Shown here: piece after piece, positions 27,607 to 36,800 of the stretch
How the letters are laid out: the number at the start of each line of letters is the position of its first letter
How positions within the stretch are numbered: the stretch's first letter is position 1
Assembly (NCBI GenBank): GCA_036170915.1
Contig: JAVHQC010000033.1
Coordinates: 224,001 to 288,000 of the forward strand
Source of the DNA: Cyanobacteria bacterium auto_48_18
Lineage (GTDB): Bacteria > Cyanobacteriota > Vampirovibrionia > Obscuribacterales > Obscuribacteraceae
DNA length: 64,000 nt
Direction of reading: 5' to 3'
Notes under the pieces: model-generated
The model's database searches: none
What the model was told of the DNA's origin: nothing
What the model saw: the letters and a program-made list of their open reading frames with translations, nothing else
Translations under genes and position numbers: made by a program

Positions 27607-29190
27607 TTACAGAGGTAGGTCAGTTCTGAGTTTCCTTGGGTTTTGCCAGCCCATTTCTTCAAGCGCATCATCAAAGCTGACGCGCATTCTTTCGCAATAA
27701 TTGAGAGCCATAATTACTTGTTCGATTTTCATCAAACCTTCTCTAATCAGGGGCAGGCTGGTTAGAGCCGCGTCTACTGTTTTGCTGTTGACTTTTCCGG
27801 CTGCTTCGAGAATTTGTACGATGTCTCCACCGTGTTTTTTGCGCACATTCATGGCAGTAGTGAGATCGCTTTCAGTCAGTAACTGTGCTTTCTGTAAAAT
27901 ATCGAAAGCACCCTTAAGGTCTCTGCCTTGCCCTTGTGCAGGTGCGGCAGTCTTATTTCCGCCAGGTGCGGGTGTCGGAGCAGGCTTATTGCCGCCACCA
28001 CCGCTGCTACCACTAATACTATTGGTGCTCTTATCAAAGTCACCCTTGGTCAAATACTGATCAATAGATGAGCCCATGGCGTGCAATCTTTTCAATACTT
28101 CAGGCGCTTTTTCGTGGCTCATCTTTTCTTCGCGCACCAGCTCTTGCAGCTTAAGTGCGGCTTCAAGAGTAGGTTCGCTTATGAGGCCAGCTTCTTTGAG
28201 CATAGAACCAATTAAGATGTTGGCCCGTTTATCAATCAAATGATAATCGAGTGGAATTTTTGCTTCCATCATCTCTTGTGGATACACAGGAGATTGCTGA
28301 GAATATTGTTGCGGCATTTGTTGCTGGCCGTAATTCATTTGATTCTGCGGCGGATATTGATTATTTTGCGGCGGATAACCTTGCGGCATCATGTTTTGCA
28401 TTTGCTGCGGCATCTGCTGCATTTGTTGTTGCGGCATTTGCCCAGGCATCTGACCAGGCATCTGACCAGGCATCTGCTGCATATTTTGTTGCATATAAGG
28501 GTACGGAGCACCCTGTGGCTGCTGCTGACCATATTGTGATGGCATGCCCTGGTAGGTTCCAGCAGGGGGAGGCGCAGGTGGCAAATTTGTGGAAGACGCG
28601 GTCTGTGCCGGTTGGGCGTAGAGTGGGTTTTGTGGGTAGCCGGGCGGATTTTGAGCCACCGGTGCTTGCCCAGGTAAAGGAACCATAGGCGTCAGGGGAG
28701 ACATTGGGGAAAGTCCGGGAGCCAGAGACGGGGCCAAACCGGGCCCTCCAGCCATGGACGAAACACCAACATTGGCATTTAAATCAGGTTCGCCAAAACT
28801 CTCTGCTTCAGCACGGGGTTTAAGCTCATCAGGAATTTCTAACGGAGTCGACGAACCGGCCGACATTGAAAGAATGTCGTACAAAAATTCTAAATCTTGA
28901 GGGGCGAATGGCTGAGTCCACACCACTTTAGAATTGTTGTCGATTTCTTCATACAGAGTCCATACAGGGTCCTTTAACGATTCGTCCCACTGACAGGTCA
29001 AAATGAAAGATTTGCGGTCTGAATCTGGCCATGGCATTTCAATCAGGGTGCCGCGCTTGTTCTGAGCCTCTTCCAACAACACGCGCACCTTGCTCAGGGA
29101 GGGGCAAGATGGCTCTGTGGGTAAACGATGACGTCTGGAACCCACTCCAGATGGTTCTTCGTTAGGCTTTTTTGGCGGTAGTTTGTTCAT
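27607..29190 (-). CDS. unrecognised N-terminal domain, P/Q/M-rich disordered linker and MshEN-like repeats
   Basis: LIGSMLKEAGLISEPTLEAALKLQ and terminal YCERMRVSFDDALEEMGW; homologous to 36801-38867. Confidence 0.8.
   Translation of the reverse strand: MNKLPPKKPNEEPSGVGSRRHRLPTEPSCPSLSKVRVLLEEAQNKRGTLIEMPWPDSDRKSFILTCQWDESLKDPVWTLYEEIDNNSKVVWTQPFAPQDLEFLYDILSMSAGSSTPLEIPDELKPRAEAESFGEPDLNANVGVSSMAGGPGLAPSLAPGLSPMSPLTPMVPLPGQAPVAQNPPGYPQNPLYAQPAQTASSTNLPPAPPPAGTYQGMPSQYGQQQPQGAPYPYMQQNMQQMPGQMPGQMPGQMPQQQMQQMPQQMQNMMPQGYPPQNNQYPPQNQMNYGQQQMPQQYSQQSPVYPQEMMEAKIPLDYHLIDKRANILIGSMLKEAGLISEPTLEAALKLQELVREEKMSHEKAPEVLKRLHAMGSSIDQYLTKGDFDKSTNSISGSSGGGGNKPAPTPAPGGNKTAAPAQGQGRDLKGAFDILQKAQLLTESDLTTAMNVRKKHGGDIVQILEAAGKVNSKTVDAALTSLPLIREGLMKIEQVIMALNYCERMRVSFDDALEEMGWQNPRKLRTDLPL
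28442..28476. repeat. 12-bp coding tandem repeat (about 3 copies) encoding QMPG
   Basis: CCAGGCATCTGA x2.9. Confidence 0.85.
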
Positions 29191-29246
29191 AGTTTCCCCA
29201 GTGAAAGTCCTGATTGCCTGATTTCTTTATGCCACAAATAATACTT

Positions 29247-30584
29247 TTAGCTCTGATTTAGAGAAAAATTTGCTCTCAAGCCTTGCCAACAGCTCAAATA
29301 GTCTGGTTGCAGATATTCTGTTTCCATCGCTAGTTTAGTAGGCGTGTAAATCAAAGAGCTTTCGAACATGAAAGCGAGAGTATTGCCCACATAATTTGGT
29401 TTTAAATCATCTTGTGAAGCTTTGTTGAAAGTTTCAAAATCAGGACCATGAGCTGAAAGAGCATTGTGCAGCGAACCACCACCCGGCACAAAACCTTCCT
29501 GTTTGGCATCATATACACCAAATATTAAACCCATATATTCGCTCATGGTATTGCGATGATAGTAGGGTGGTCGGAAGGTGTGTTCAGCCACCATCCACCG
29601 CGGTGGAAAAATAACAAAGTCCACATTGGCGCTGCCGTCCACTTCAGAAGGCGAAGTGAGCACTGTAAATATAGACGGATCCGGATGATCGAAGCTAACG
29701 GTGCCAATTGCATTAAAAAGCGACAGGTCATATTTGTACGGATAATAAGTGCCGTGCCAACCCACCACATCTAGTGGCGAATGTTCAATGTCGGCCTGCC
29801 AGAGGTTGCCGTTAAACTTGTTGGTCAATTTAAATTTGGCGCCATTCACCGGTGCCGATTTTTGTTCATAAACAGCTGTAGGAGCTAGAAAATCGCGACT
29901 GTTGGCCAGCCCGTTCGAGCCAATGGGCCCCAGATGAGGCAACTTAAAGGGAGGCCCGTAGTTTTCTAGAATATAACCGCGAGCGGTTTTATCAGGCAGT
30001 GAAATTTGATATTTGATGCCGCGTGGTATCACTGCAATTTCGCCGGGTTTAATTTCGATGATACCAAACTCGGTGGCAATCTTTAGTCGGCCTTGTTCAG
30101 GCACTATGAGAAAATCACCATCGCTGTTGTAAAAATAGCGATCGGTCATATCGCAGTTGGCGCCATATAAGTGAATCGCCGAGCCGCGCAAGCTCGACAT
30201 ATCACCGTTGCCGGCTAGAGTTGTGAGGCTGTCGATGAAATCTACAGCACCACTCTGCGGCAGAGCAAAAGCATTCCAGCGCAATTGATTTGGTGATGCT
30301 TCCACCTCAGTGAATGGCCGGCTACGCAAATTTAAGTTAGGCAGCCGGCTAAACTGCGAATGTAGCACTGATGGTCTAATGCGATACAACCAGCTGCGCA
30401 GATTTTCGTGGCGGGCCATGACAAAAGAAGTACCGCTCAGCTGTTCGGCGTAAAGACCATATTTGACTTTTTGAGGCGAATTTTGGCCGTGCGGCACTGC
30501 GCCAGGTTCTGCTTCAGAAATAAATTGGTTGCCGAAACCGCTCAAATAATTGAGGCGATCTTGCGTGTCACTGGCCACCGTCAT
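29247..30584 (-). CDS. hmgA: homogentisate 1,2-dioxygenase
   Basis: YLSGFGN, GLYAEQLSGTSF, WLYRIRPSV, FDHPDPSIFTVLT, HTFRPPYYHRN.MSE, HGPD. Confidence 0.97.
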   Translation of the reverse strand: MTVASDTQDRLNYLSGFGNQFISEAEPGAVPHGQNSPQKVKYGLYAEQLSGTSFVMARHENLRSWLYRIRPSVLHSQFSRLPNLNLRSRPFTEVEASPNQLRWNAFALPQSGAVDFIDSLTTLAGNGDMSSLRGSAIHLYGANCDMTDRYFYNSDGDFLIVPEQGRLKIATEFGIIEIKPGEIAVIPRGIKYQISLPDKTARGYILENYGPPFKLPHLGPIGSNGLANSRDFLAPTAVYEQKSAPVNGAKFKLTNKFNGNLWQADIEHSPLDVVGWHGTYYPYKYDLSLFNAIGTVSFDHPDPSIFTVLTSPSEVDGSANVDFVIFPPRWMVAEHTFRPPYYHRNTMSEYMGLIFGVYDAKQEGFVPGGGSLHNALSAHGPDFETFNKASQDDLKPNYVGNTLAFMFESSLIYTPTKLAMETEYLQPDYLSCWQGLRANFSLNQS

Positions 30585-30598
30585 CTAAATTTGACTCC

Positions 30599-30955
30599 TT
30601 AGCTTTTCATGAAAATAGCGCGAGCATGCTGATCCATTTTTGTGGCCTCAGCTTCACGACCGGCTGCTCTGAGCATTTTGGCGTAATTTTCGTAGATGCC
30701 TATCAAGTCGGCATGCAAGGGCCCGAGAGCTTTTTGTCTTACTTCAAGAGCGCGTTTATAGTGCTGCTCGGCTTCAGGATATTTGCCCTGATTTCTCAAA
30801 CAGTTGGCTAAATTATTCAGTGAATTGGCGAGCTTAGGATCTTTGGCATCAAAACCTTCTGCTTCTTTGATGGCAGAGCGGAACAGGTCTTCGGCTTCCT
30901 GGGGTTTCCCTTGGTTCATGGCATTTTGTGCCATAAGGTTGTAACGTTCCCACAT
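30599..30955 (-). CDS. small TPR protein (kinesin-light-chain-like repeats)
   Basis: LANSLNNLANCLRNQGKYPEAEQHYKRALEVRQKALGPLH; GAGG RBS. Confidence 0.88.
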   Translation of the reverse strand: MWERYNLMAQNAMNQGKPQEAEDLFRSAIKEAEGFDAKDPKLANSLNNLANCLRNQGKYPEAEQHYKRALEVRQKALGPLHADLIGIYENYAKMLRAAGREAEATKMDQHARAIFMKS

Positions 30956-31121
30956 AGCATTGTCCTCTGGCGATAAGTAAGACTAAGTGCCGGTCCTTGC
31001 GACTTTTCACTGTTTGAAAACTTGACGCAAGCACTAAAACTTATAAGTGCATAGTGTAGATCAACTCTCTTGGATAAACTTAGGCTAGTATGCTTTTCAG
31101 ACTTAATTTTGGGGCTATCAA

Positions 31122-32000
31122 GTGTTGAACGACAAACAGAAAAAGAACCTCTGGCTGGGCATCATAGCCATGGTTGCCATGGGCATCTATCCGCCATGGA
31201 AAGAATTTGGCACAGTGGAGCGGCCTTCAGTTTTTGCCCCTATAAATCAACCACCAGCTGTCAGTGCCGAAGTTAGTCGAGTAGATATTGACTTCTCGCG
31301 CCTTGGCATCGAATTGTTTCTGGCCACTCTAGTTACTGGAGCCTTGGTTGCTACTGCAGGCGGCCGTCCCGATCCGCCTTCATTCATTCCGGCCGGCAAT
31401 AAAACTGTTTCAGGGGCCAATATTGATAACGAAATTAGTCGAGGTTCTTCGACCTCGAGCACTAATAATGGTGGTGCCAAAGCTGTCAAGACGACTCGAG
31501 TTGAATTGCCGCAGAATTATTATCTGGGAGAAATTTTTGTAGAGTCTGACGATGACGCCGATTATTGGGACGACTATTGTCCTGCCAAAGGGGCCATTGA
31601 TTTGCCTAAGGGCAAAAAAATTCAGCTCGAATTAGCTAAGGATATTAAAGTCGATTTTTCTTTCCTCAGCGCTTTTCCTAGCGATGCTCTTTATTCAGTT
31701 GATGCCAGCGATGCTCAAGTGAGCGACGAAGATTTGAGCAAACTTGGCGCGCTTACATCTATCAAAGAACTTGATCTTTCAGGCACCAGTATTGGTAGCA
31801 CTGGAGTTACTTATCTAAAATCTCTAGGTCGTCTGGAAAAATTGTGGCTTGATCGCACAGCCATTGATGACCAGTGCGTTCCAGCATTGATCTCCCTCAA
31901 TAAATTGAAGAAACTTTCAATCTCCGAAACCAAATTAAATGATCTGGCACTGGAGAACTTAAAGAAAGACTTGCCTAATTGCGAAGTGATTACCGCTTAG
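31122..32000 (+). CDS. membrane-anchored leucine-rich-repeat protein
   Basis: Two N-terminal TM segments flanking YPPW; C-terminal LRRs IKELDLSGTSIG, LEKLWLDRTAID, LKKLSISETKLN. Confidence 0.8.
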   Translation: MLNDKQKKNLWLGIIAMVAMGIYPPWKEFGTVERPSVFAPINQPPAVSAEVSRVDIDFSRLGIELFLATLVTGALVATAGGRPDPPSFIPAGNKTVSGANIDNEISRGSSTSSTNNGGAKAVKTTRVELPQNYYLGEIFVESDDDADYWDDYCPAKGAIDLPKGKKIQLELAKDIKVDFSFLSAFPSDALYSVDASDAQVSDEDLSKLGALTSIKELDLSGTSIGSTGVTYLKSLGRLEKLWLDRTAIDDQCVPALISLNKLKKLSISETKLNDLALENLKKDLPNCEVITA

Positions 32001-32020
32001 AATCGACGACAGAATTTTAG

Positions 32021-32854
32021 TTACTTATATGTTTGCGTTTGTGTATTCACAAGCTCGCGGGCGCGTTCAGCAGCCTTAACTACAGCTTTGATCAGGGTCA
32101 CTCGCAGTTTGCCTTCTTCGAGTTCCATCAAGCCGTCTATGGTACAGCCGGCTGGAGTTGTGACTGTGTCTTTAAGCATGGCCGGATGTGACTTAGAATC
32201 GAGCACCATTTTTGCTGCACCATACATTGTTTGCGCGGCTAGAAGAGTTGCAGTTTCGCGTGCGATACCAAGCTTAACACCAGCTTCGGCTAGAGATTCA
32301 ATCACTACATACAAGTAAGCAGGGCCGCTGGCCGATAGTGCAGTGACGGCATCCATAAGCGACTCATCAACAAAAACTGTTTCGCCCACGCATTTAAAAA
32401 TCGCCTCAGCCACTGCCAGTTGATCTTCTTTAGCGTGGCTGCCACCACAAAGACCTGCCATACCGGCGTTAATGATCGACGGAGTGTTCGGCATGGCCCG
32501 CACCACGGCAATTTTGTCATTTAAGCGTTCTTGTACAAATGCAGTGGTGACCGATGCTGCCACAGAGATTACCAGTTGCTTTTCGGTAATAACGTCTTTC
32601 AATTCTTTCAAGACGCGGTCCATATTTTGTGGTTTGACAGCCAGCAAAATTATGTCTTTACCCTTGATTGTGGCGCGGTTATCCTGGCTCACCTGAATGC
32701 CCAGTTTTTTTTCTACCCGCTCAACTGATGTACTTTTTCCCACGCTGCCGCTCACGTCTTTAGCTGTCAGTTCGCTGTTTTTAAGCAAACCAGAAATGAG
32801 AGCCTCACCCAGTTTTCCTACTCCGACTACTGCGAGAGTTTTACCTTTCAACAT
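32021..32854 (-). CDS. proC: pyrroline-5-carboxylate reductase
   Basis: VVGVGKLG, LAVKPQ, VRAMPNTP, TALSASGPAY, VTTPAGCTIDGL. Confidence 0.96.
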   Translation of the reverse strand: MLKGKTLAVVGVGKLGEALISGLLKNSELTAKDVSGSVGKSTSVERVEKKLGIQVSQDNRATIKGKDIILLAVKPQNMDRVLKELKDVITEKQLVISVAASVTTAFVQERLNDKIAVVRAMPNTPSIINAGMAGLCGGSHAKEDQLAVAEAIFKCVGETVFVDESLMDAVTALSASGPAYLYVVIESLAEAGVKLGIARETATLLAAQTMYGAAKMVLDSKSHPAMLKDTVTTPAGCTIDGLMELEEGKLRVTLIKAVVKAAERARELVNTQTQTYK

Positions 32855-32864
32855 TTTATTGGCC

Positions 32865-33851
32865 TCAGTTATTTGTGGTCAGAACTATTTTTCCTGTTGA
32901 GTTGCGGCTTTCCAAAAGCTCATGAGCTTTGGCTGCTTGGTCTAAAGGAAAAACATGTTCAACATTGAGCTTGAGCCAACCTGATTTGATGGCGTGAATG
33001 ACTTCGCTCGAACGAGTTAAGAGTTCATCACGATCACGCAAGTGATTACCAAGGCTTCCGCCTGATATTGTCAGTGAGCGCTGCTGCAGTGAGTTTGGTG
33101 CGATCGGTTCGGCTGGCCCGCTGGCTGAGCCGAAAAGCACCACATGGCCGTGGTTGGCTGCGGCTTCTAGTGAGCCGGGGAAAGTTGTTTTTCCCACCCC
33201 GTCGATTACCATCTGACAGCCTACACCGTTGGTAATTTTGTGCACTTCTTCCACAAAATCTTGGCTGGTGTAGTCAATAACGTAATCGGCGCCACAGTTT
33301 TTTGCTATTTCAGCTTTGGCTGCAGATGAGACTGTGCCTATTACTGTGGCTCTAAGATGTTTAAGCCATCGCACCAGAAGCTGGCCCATGCCGCCGGCGG
33401 CTGCGTGCACAAGCACCGTGTCTGAACCTTTGATTTTATGAAAATCGTTGATCAGATAGTGGGCAGTCATTCCCTGCAAGGGCAGTGCGGCGCCGTCTTC
33501 AAATGAGAGTTCGGCAGGCAGCGGAATTAAGTCTTGTGCCTTAACCAGGGCTGCTTCAGCGTAAGCGCCAATGTTGCCGGAGTAAGCTACACGGTCGCCT
33601 ACTTTGACGCAATCAACATCTTTGCCGATGGCCTCGACAATGCCGGAAGCTTCCAGTCCTGGAGTGTATGGCAAAGGCATGGTGTAACGGCCGATACGCT
33701 GGTAGATATCGATAAAATTGATACCGCAGGCTTTGATTTTGACCAGTGCCTGTCCAGGACCAGGCGCGGCTAGTTCAAAAACACTATACTTGAGAACGCT
33801 AGGGCCGCCATTTTCGGTTACTACAATGCCCTTGACTTTGCTTGCTGTCAT
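32865..33851 (-). CDS. qor: NADPH:quinone oxidoreductase (zeta-crystallin/MDR family)
   Basis: GINFIDIYQR.G.Y, PGLEASG, LQGMTAHYL, VLVHAAAGGMG, GKIVL. Real start is near 33851-33860. Confidence 0.92.
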   Translation of the reverse strand: MTASKVKGIVVTENGGPSVLKYSVFELAAPGPGQALVKIKACGINFIDIYQRIGRYTMPLPYTPGLEASGIVEAIGKDVDCVKVGDRVAYSGNIGAYAEAALVKAQDLIPLPAELSFEDGAALPLQGMTAHYLINDFHKIKGSDTVLVHAAAGGMGQLLVRWLKHLRATVIGTVSSAAKAEIAKNCGADYVIDYTSQDFVEEVHKITNGVGCQMVIDGVGKTTFPGSLEAAANHGHVVLFGSASGPAEPIAPNSLQQRSLTISGGSLGNHLRDRDELLTRSSEVIHAIKSGWLKLNVEHVFPLDQAAKAHELLESRNSTGKIVLTTNN

Positions 33852-33923
33852 AATCACCATTTGACTTATACTTAAACAGTTAATGAATATACCGCACAAC
33901 AGTAGCATAAGAAGCTTATATGA

Positions 33924-36704
33924 ATGATTGCTGAAGCTGAAGTGAAAAGCCCACTGGACAAGCGTTTCTGGTTTGCCGCTGCATTTCTTGCCACTCTCGT
34001 CATCATTGGTTATGGCTATTGTCTCAGCGGATATTTTCTCGCGGATGATACCTGGCAGGTGCAGTTCGCTTACCGCGTAATGCACGGTGAATCACATCTT
34101 TTATTCGACAATTTTAAACAGAGTTATTTGAGCCTGCCGGCATTAGATTTTTACCGGCCCTTGCTTGGAGTTACTTACCTTTTCGACTATTTGCTCTATG
34201 GCATGAATGCCTGGGGCTATTATCTAACCAACTGCATTTTTGCTTACCTGGCGGCCCTCTTTTTCTTCATGTCAGTGCGGGCACTGACAGCCGATTTTGG
34301 TACAAATCGATCTTTTTACTGCGCACTATCTGCGGCGGCGTTGTTCGCCTCTTCACCCTTGCACTGCGAAGACATCTGCTGGATTTCTGGTAGGGCCGAT
34401 CTTCTCGCGGCGGTATTTTATTTGCCGGCTCTTTATTTGGCAATTTTGAGCTGGCGATCTAGCAGTAGCAAACACTCTGTGGAGCTGTATCTCTGGTCGA
34501 TTTTATTCTATGTGCTCTCGCTTATGAGCAAAGAGTCGGCTGTGGGATTGCCTGTGCTGGTGGCAGCGTTGCCTTTAGTATGTCTGCCTGCGCTGCGCGC
34601 TAATTCAAAGTCGCAGGCGTCGTCGTCGTCTCAAGCAAGCGCTTCAACTGACACTACCGGTAGTGCAGATTCTTCTTCTTCTTCTTCTTCTTCTCCAGTT
34701 TCAACTGCTTCAGCTTCAACATCGCGTAAAAGCAAGCGGGCGAAGAAATATAATACCGCCGGTGATGCTGCTCCAGTTTCGGCCCCCGATCCGGTTTTAG
34801 CTCCTCAATCGGTAGAGCCCCAGCCGGCTGTCGGCGAGTTGACTAAAAAAGAACTATTCAGCCGCTGGTGGAGATTTTCTCTGCCTTATTTTTTAATACT
34901 GATTCCTTACTTTATTATCCGTACCATTTCACTGGGTAGCCCCATTGGTGGTTACACCGGAGACATGGGTAAGGCACTCTCTCGCTGGTTGTTCTATCGC
35001 TGGGTCGACCCGACAACGCTCTGGCGTCTGATTTTCCCGCTGCCCCATGTCATTTTTCCCGATCCTCATATTTACATTCAGGTTGTTGTTTGTCTCTACG
35101 CTGCCATATTTGGGCTGCTGATTGTTCGACTGGTGACTCAGCGTTTAAATTGGAGCGGTTTGCTTTTTGTGGCAATCATGGCTTTCCAGGCGCTGCTACC
35201 GCTGTATAAACTCTGGGGTCTTGATCAAGATATGCACAACCAGCGTATCTATTATTTCCTCACCATGGCTCTGGCTTTGTTTTTGCCCTGGCTGGTTTTT
35301 GCACCTAAACTAGCCGATCGCAAAGCTGCAGCGGCCAATTCGCTGGCTTTACCAATGGGTGTAGAGGCCTTACTTGATGCGGCGGCAGCATTTTTGTTTG
35401 GCACCATCGCCCTCATATTTGCCTTTGTCAGTTTTGCCGTCACAGCCAGTTGGGTGGACGCCGGCACGCAGGTAAAGGCGCTCAGAGCGCGCTCTATTGA
35501 GCTTGTGGCAGCAAATGAGAAACCGGTTATGGTGCTTGGTATTCCCAAAGGTTTGGCTGCCGCTCATATTCTTTTATGCGGTTTTTGCTTCAAAGAATTG
35601 TTTGAACCACCTTTTACAGAGAAGTCTATTTCAGACCGACTGCTCACATTTCATAGCTGTGTAGCGGGGCCAGATGAGCCCATCAATACCACACGCTTTA
35701 AAGAATGTTTGCTTGATCCCAATGTGACCGGGCCATTTTTGTGGTCAACCACTAAAAAAGCGTATACGAAAATTGAATATGACAAATTGGTGCGCGACTT
35801 CACCAAGCCGATTGAGTTAAAAGTCTCGGCCAAACCTGTGCTTGGTCAATTTGCTCCACTGCCTGGCGTGCAAGGAGCAATTATGGTTGGCACCAAAGAC
35901 GGTGTCGATGCCCTGGCCCTGCGTGAAATCAAAAAGGGTGGTGGCATGGTTGCTGAAGGTCTGGATATTAATCCACTGGAGGCTGACTATCTTGGCTTTG
36001 ATATCGCACTGCAACCGGGGTACACGGTGTATACGGTTTCGGCCCATTTTGATGATAAAGAACCCGGCTCTCCTTTTGAAGGCGACGCTCAAATTGTGCA
36101 GGCAGTTGCGGTGGAGCCTACCAAAAATGTACCTGATAAAGACGACCGCGATGCTGATGGAAATTTGAAAATGAAGTGGGTCCACGTCAATATGCACGTC
36201 TCGCATTTTTGGCGCTGGTATGCCCATAAAAAGATTCGTCGTATGAAGTTGGCCTTTACTGAGGCGGACCACCTGGTAGTCAAGAATCTGCGCTTTTTCA
36301 GTGATTTCGATTATGTCCCCAAGCTAGCCATGCAAGGTCTGAAACGCCGTGCCAGTGGAGAGTATGTGGTGGGCAAAGAACCAATAAAAGTTTGGCTTGA
36401 TTCGTCTTATATTCCGCAGTCGAAGCGCATGCAGCTTGTGATTACCTATGTAAACGAGTCGTTTGACAATTTCCTCTTTTTTGATGAGCAACCCGGCAGT
36501 TCTGTGGAGGCCGAGCGTTTGGAATGTGCGCATAATTCTGGCGTGGTGGAAATTCCCAGCAAGCTTTACCAGGCCACTGGTTACTACGAAATCAAAGCCA
36601 GGGCTCTTGACGAGGGTGGACTGCCAGTGGGCGACTGGTCGGATGTAATCACCATCTATCGACCGTCTGATAAGGGTCCTGCGCCTTACTACGCCAGCAA
36701 TTAA
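33924..36704 (+). CDS. GT-C fold membrane glycosyltransferase (TMTC/ArnT-like) with large C-terminal soluble domain
   Basis: FLADD, FYRPL, SPLHCEDICWISGRADLL, SKESA, RIYY motifs; more than 10 TM helices. Confidence 0.8.
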   Translation: MIAEAEVKSPLDKRFWFAAAFLATLVIIGYGYCLSGYFLADDTWQVQFAYRVMHGESHLLFDNFKQSYLSLPALDFYRPLLGVTYLFDYLLYGMNAWGYYLTNCIFAYLAALFFFMSVRALTADFGTNRSFYCALSAAALFASSPLHCEDICWISGRADLLAAVFYLPALYLAILSWRSSSSKHSVELYLWSILFYVLSLMSKESAVGLPVLVAALPLVCLPALRANSKSQASSSSQASASTDTTGSADSSSSSSSSPVSTASASTSRKSKRAKKYNTAGDAAPVSAPDPVLAPQSVEPQPAVGELTKKELFSRWWRFSLPYFLILIPYFIIRTISLGSPIGGYTGDMGKALSRWLFYRWVDPTTLWRLIFPLPHVIFPDPHIYIQVVVCLYAAIFGLLIVRLVTQRLNWSGLLFVAIMAFQALLPLYKLWGLDQDMHNQRIYYFLTMALALFLPWLVFAPKLADRKAAAANSLALPMGVEALLDAAAAFLFGTIALIFAFVSFAVTASWVDAGTQVKALRARSIELVAANEKPVMVLGIPKGLAAAHILLCGFCFKELFEPPFTEKSISDRLLTFHSCVAGPDEPINTTRFKECLLDPNVTGPFLWSTTKKAYTKIEYDKLVRDFTKPIELKVSAKPVLGQFAPLPGVQGAIMVGTKDGVDALALREIKKGGGMVAEGLDINPLEADYLGFDIALQPGYTVYTVSAHFDDKEPGSPFEGDAQIVQAVAVEPTKNVPDKDDRDADGNLKMKWVHVNMHVSHFWRWYAHKKIRRMKLAFTEADHLVVKNLRFFSDFDYVPKLAMQGLKRRASGEYVVGKEPIKVWLDSSYIPQSKRMQLVITYVNESFDNFLFFDEQPGSSVEAERLECAHNSGVVEIPSKLYQATGYYEIKARALDEGGLPVGDWSDVITIYRPSDKGPAPYYASN
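34671..34694 (+). repeat. (TCT)8 in-frame microsatellite encoding poly-Ser
   Basis: Read directly from the sequence, inside the Ser-rich insertion of the GT-C gene. Confidence 0.9.
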
Positions 36705-36800
36705 ACTGGCTGAAAACGTTGTCAGTGTTACCAATGAGCTTGATCCGTAGCTTTAATTCACCGATAATCACATATCAGCAGATTCAGGCAAAGGTGCCAC

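Noticed and set aside
31031..31050. CIRCE-like GCACT-N10-AGTGC
   Set aside because: The spacer is one base short, the flanks do not match TTAGCACTC-N9-GAGTGCTAA, and the neighbours are not chaperone genes.
33861..34085. N-terminal extension of the quinone oxidoreductase ORF
   Set aside because: It overlaps the divergent glycosyltransferase gene; family similarity begins near MTASKVKGIVV.
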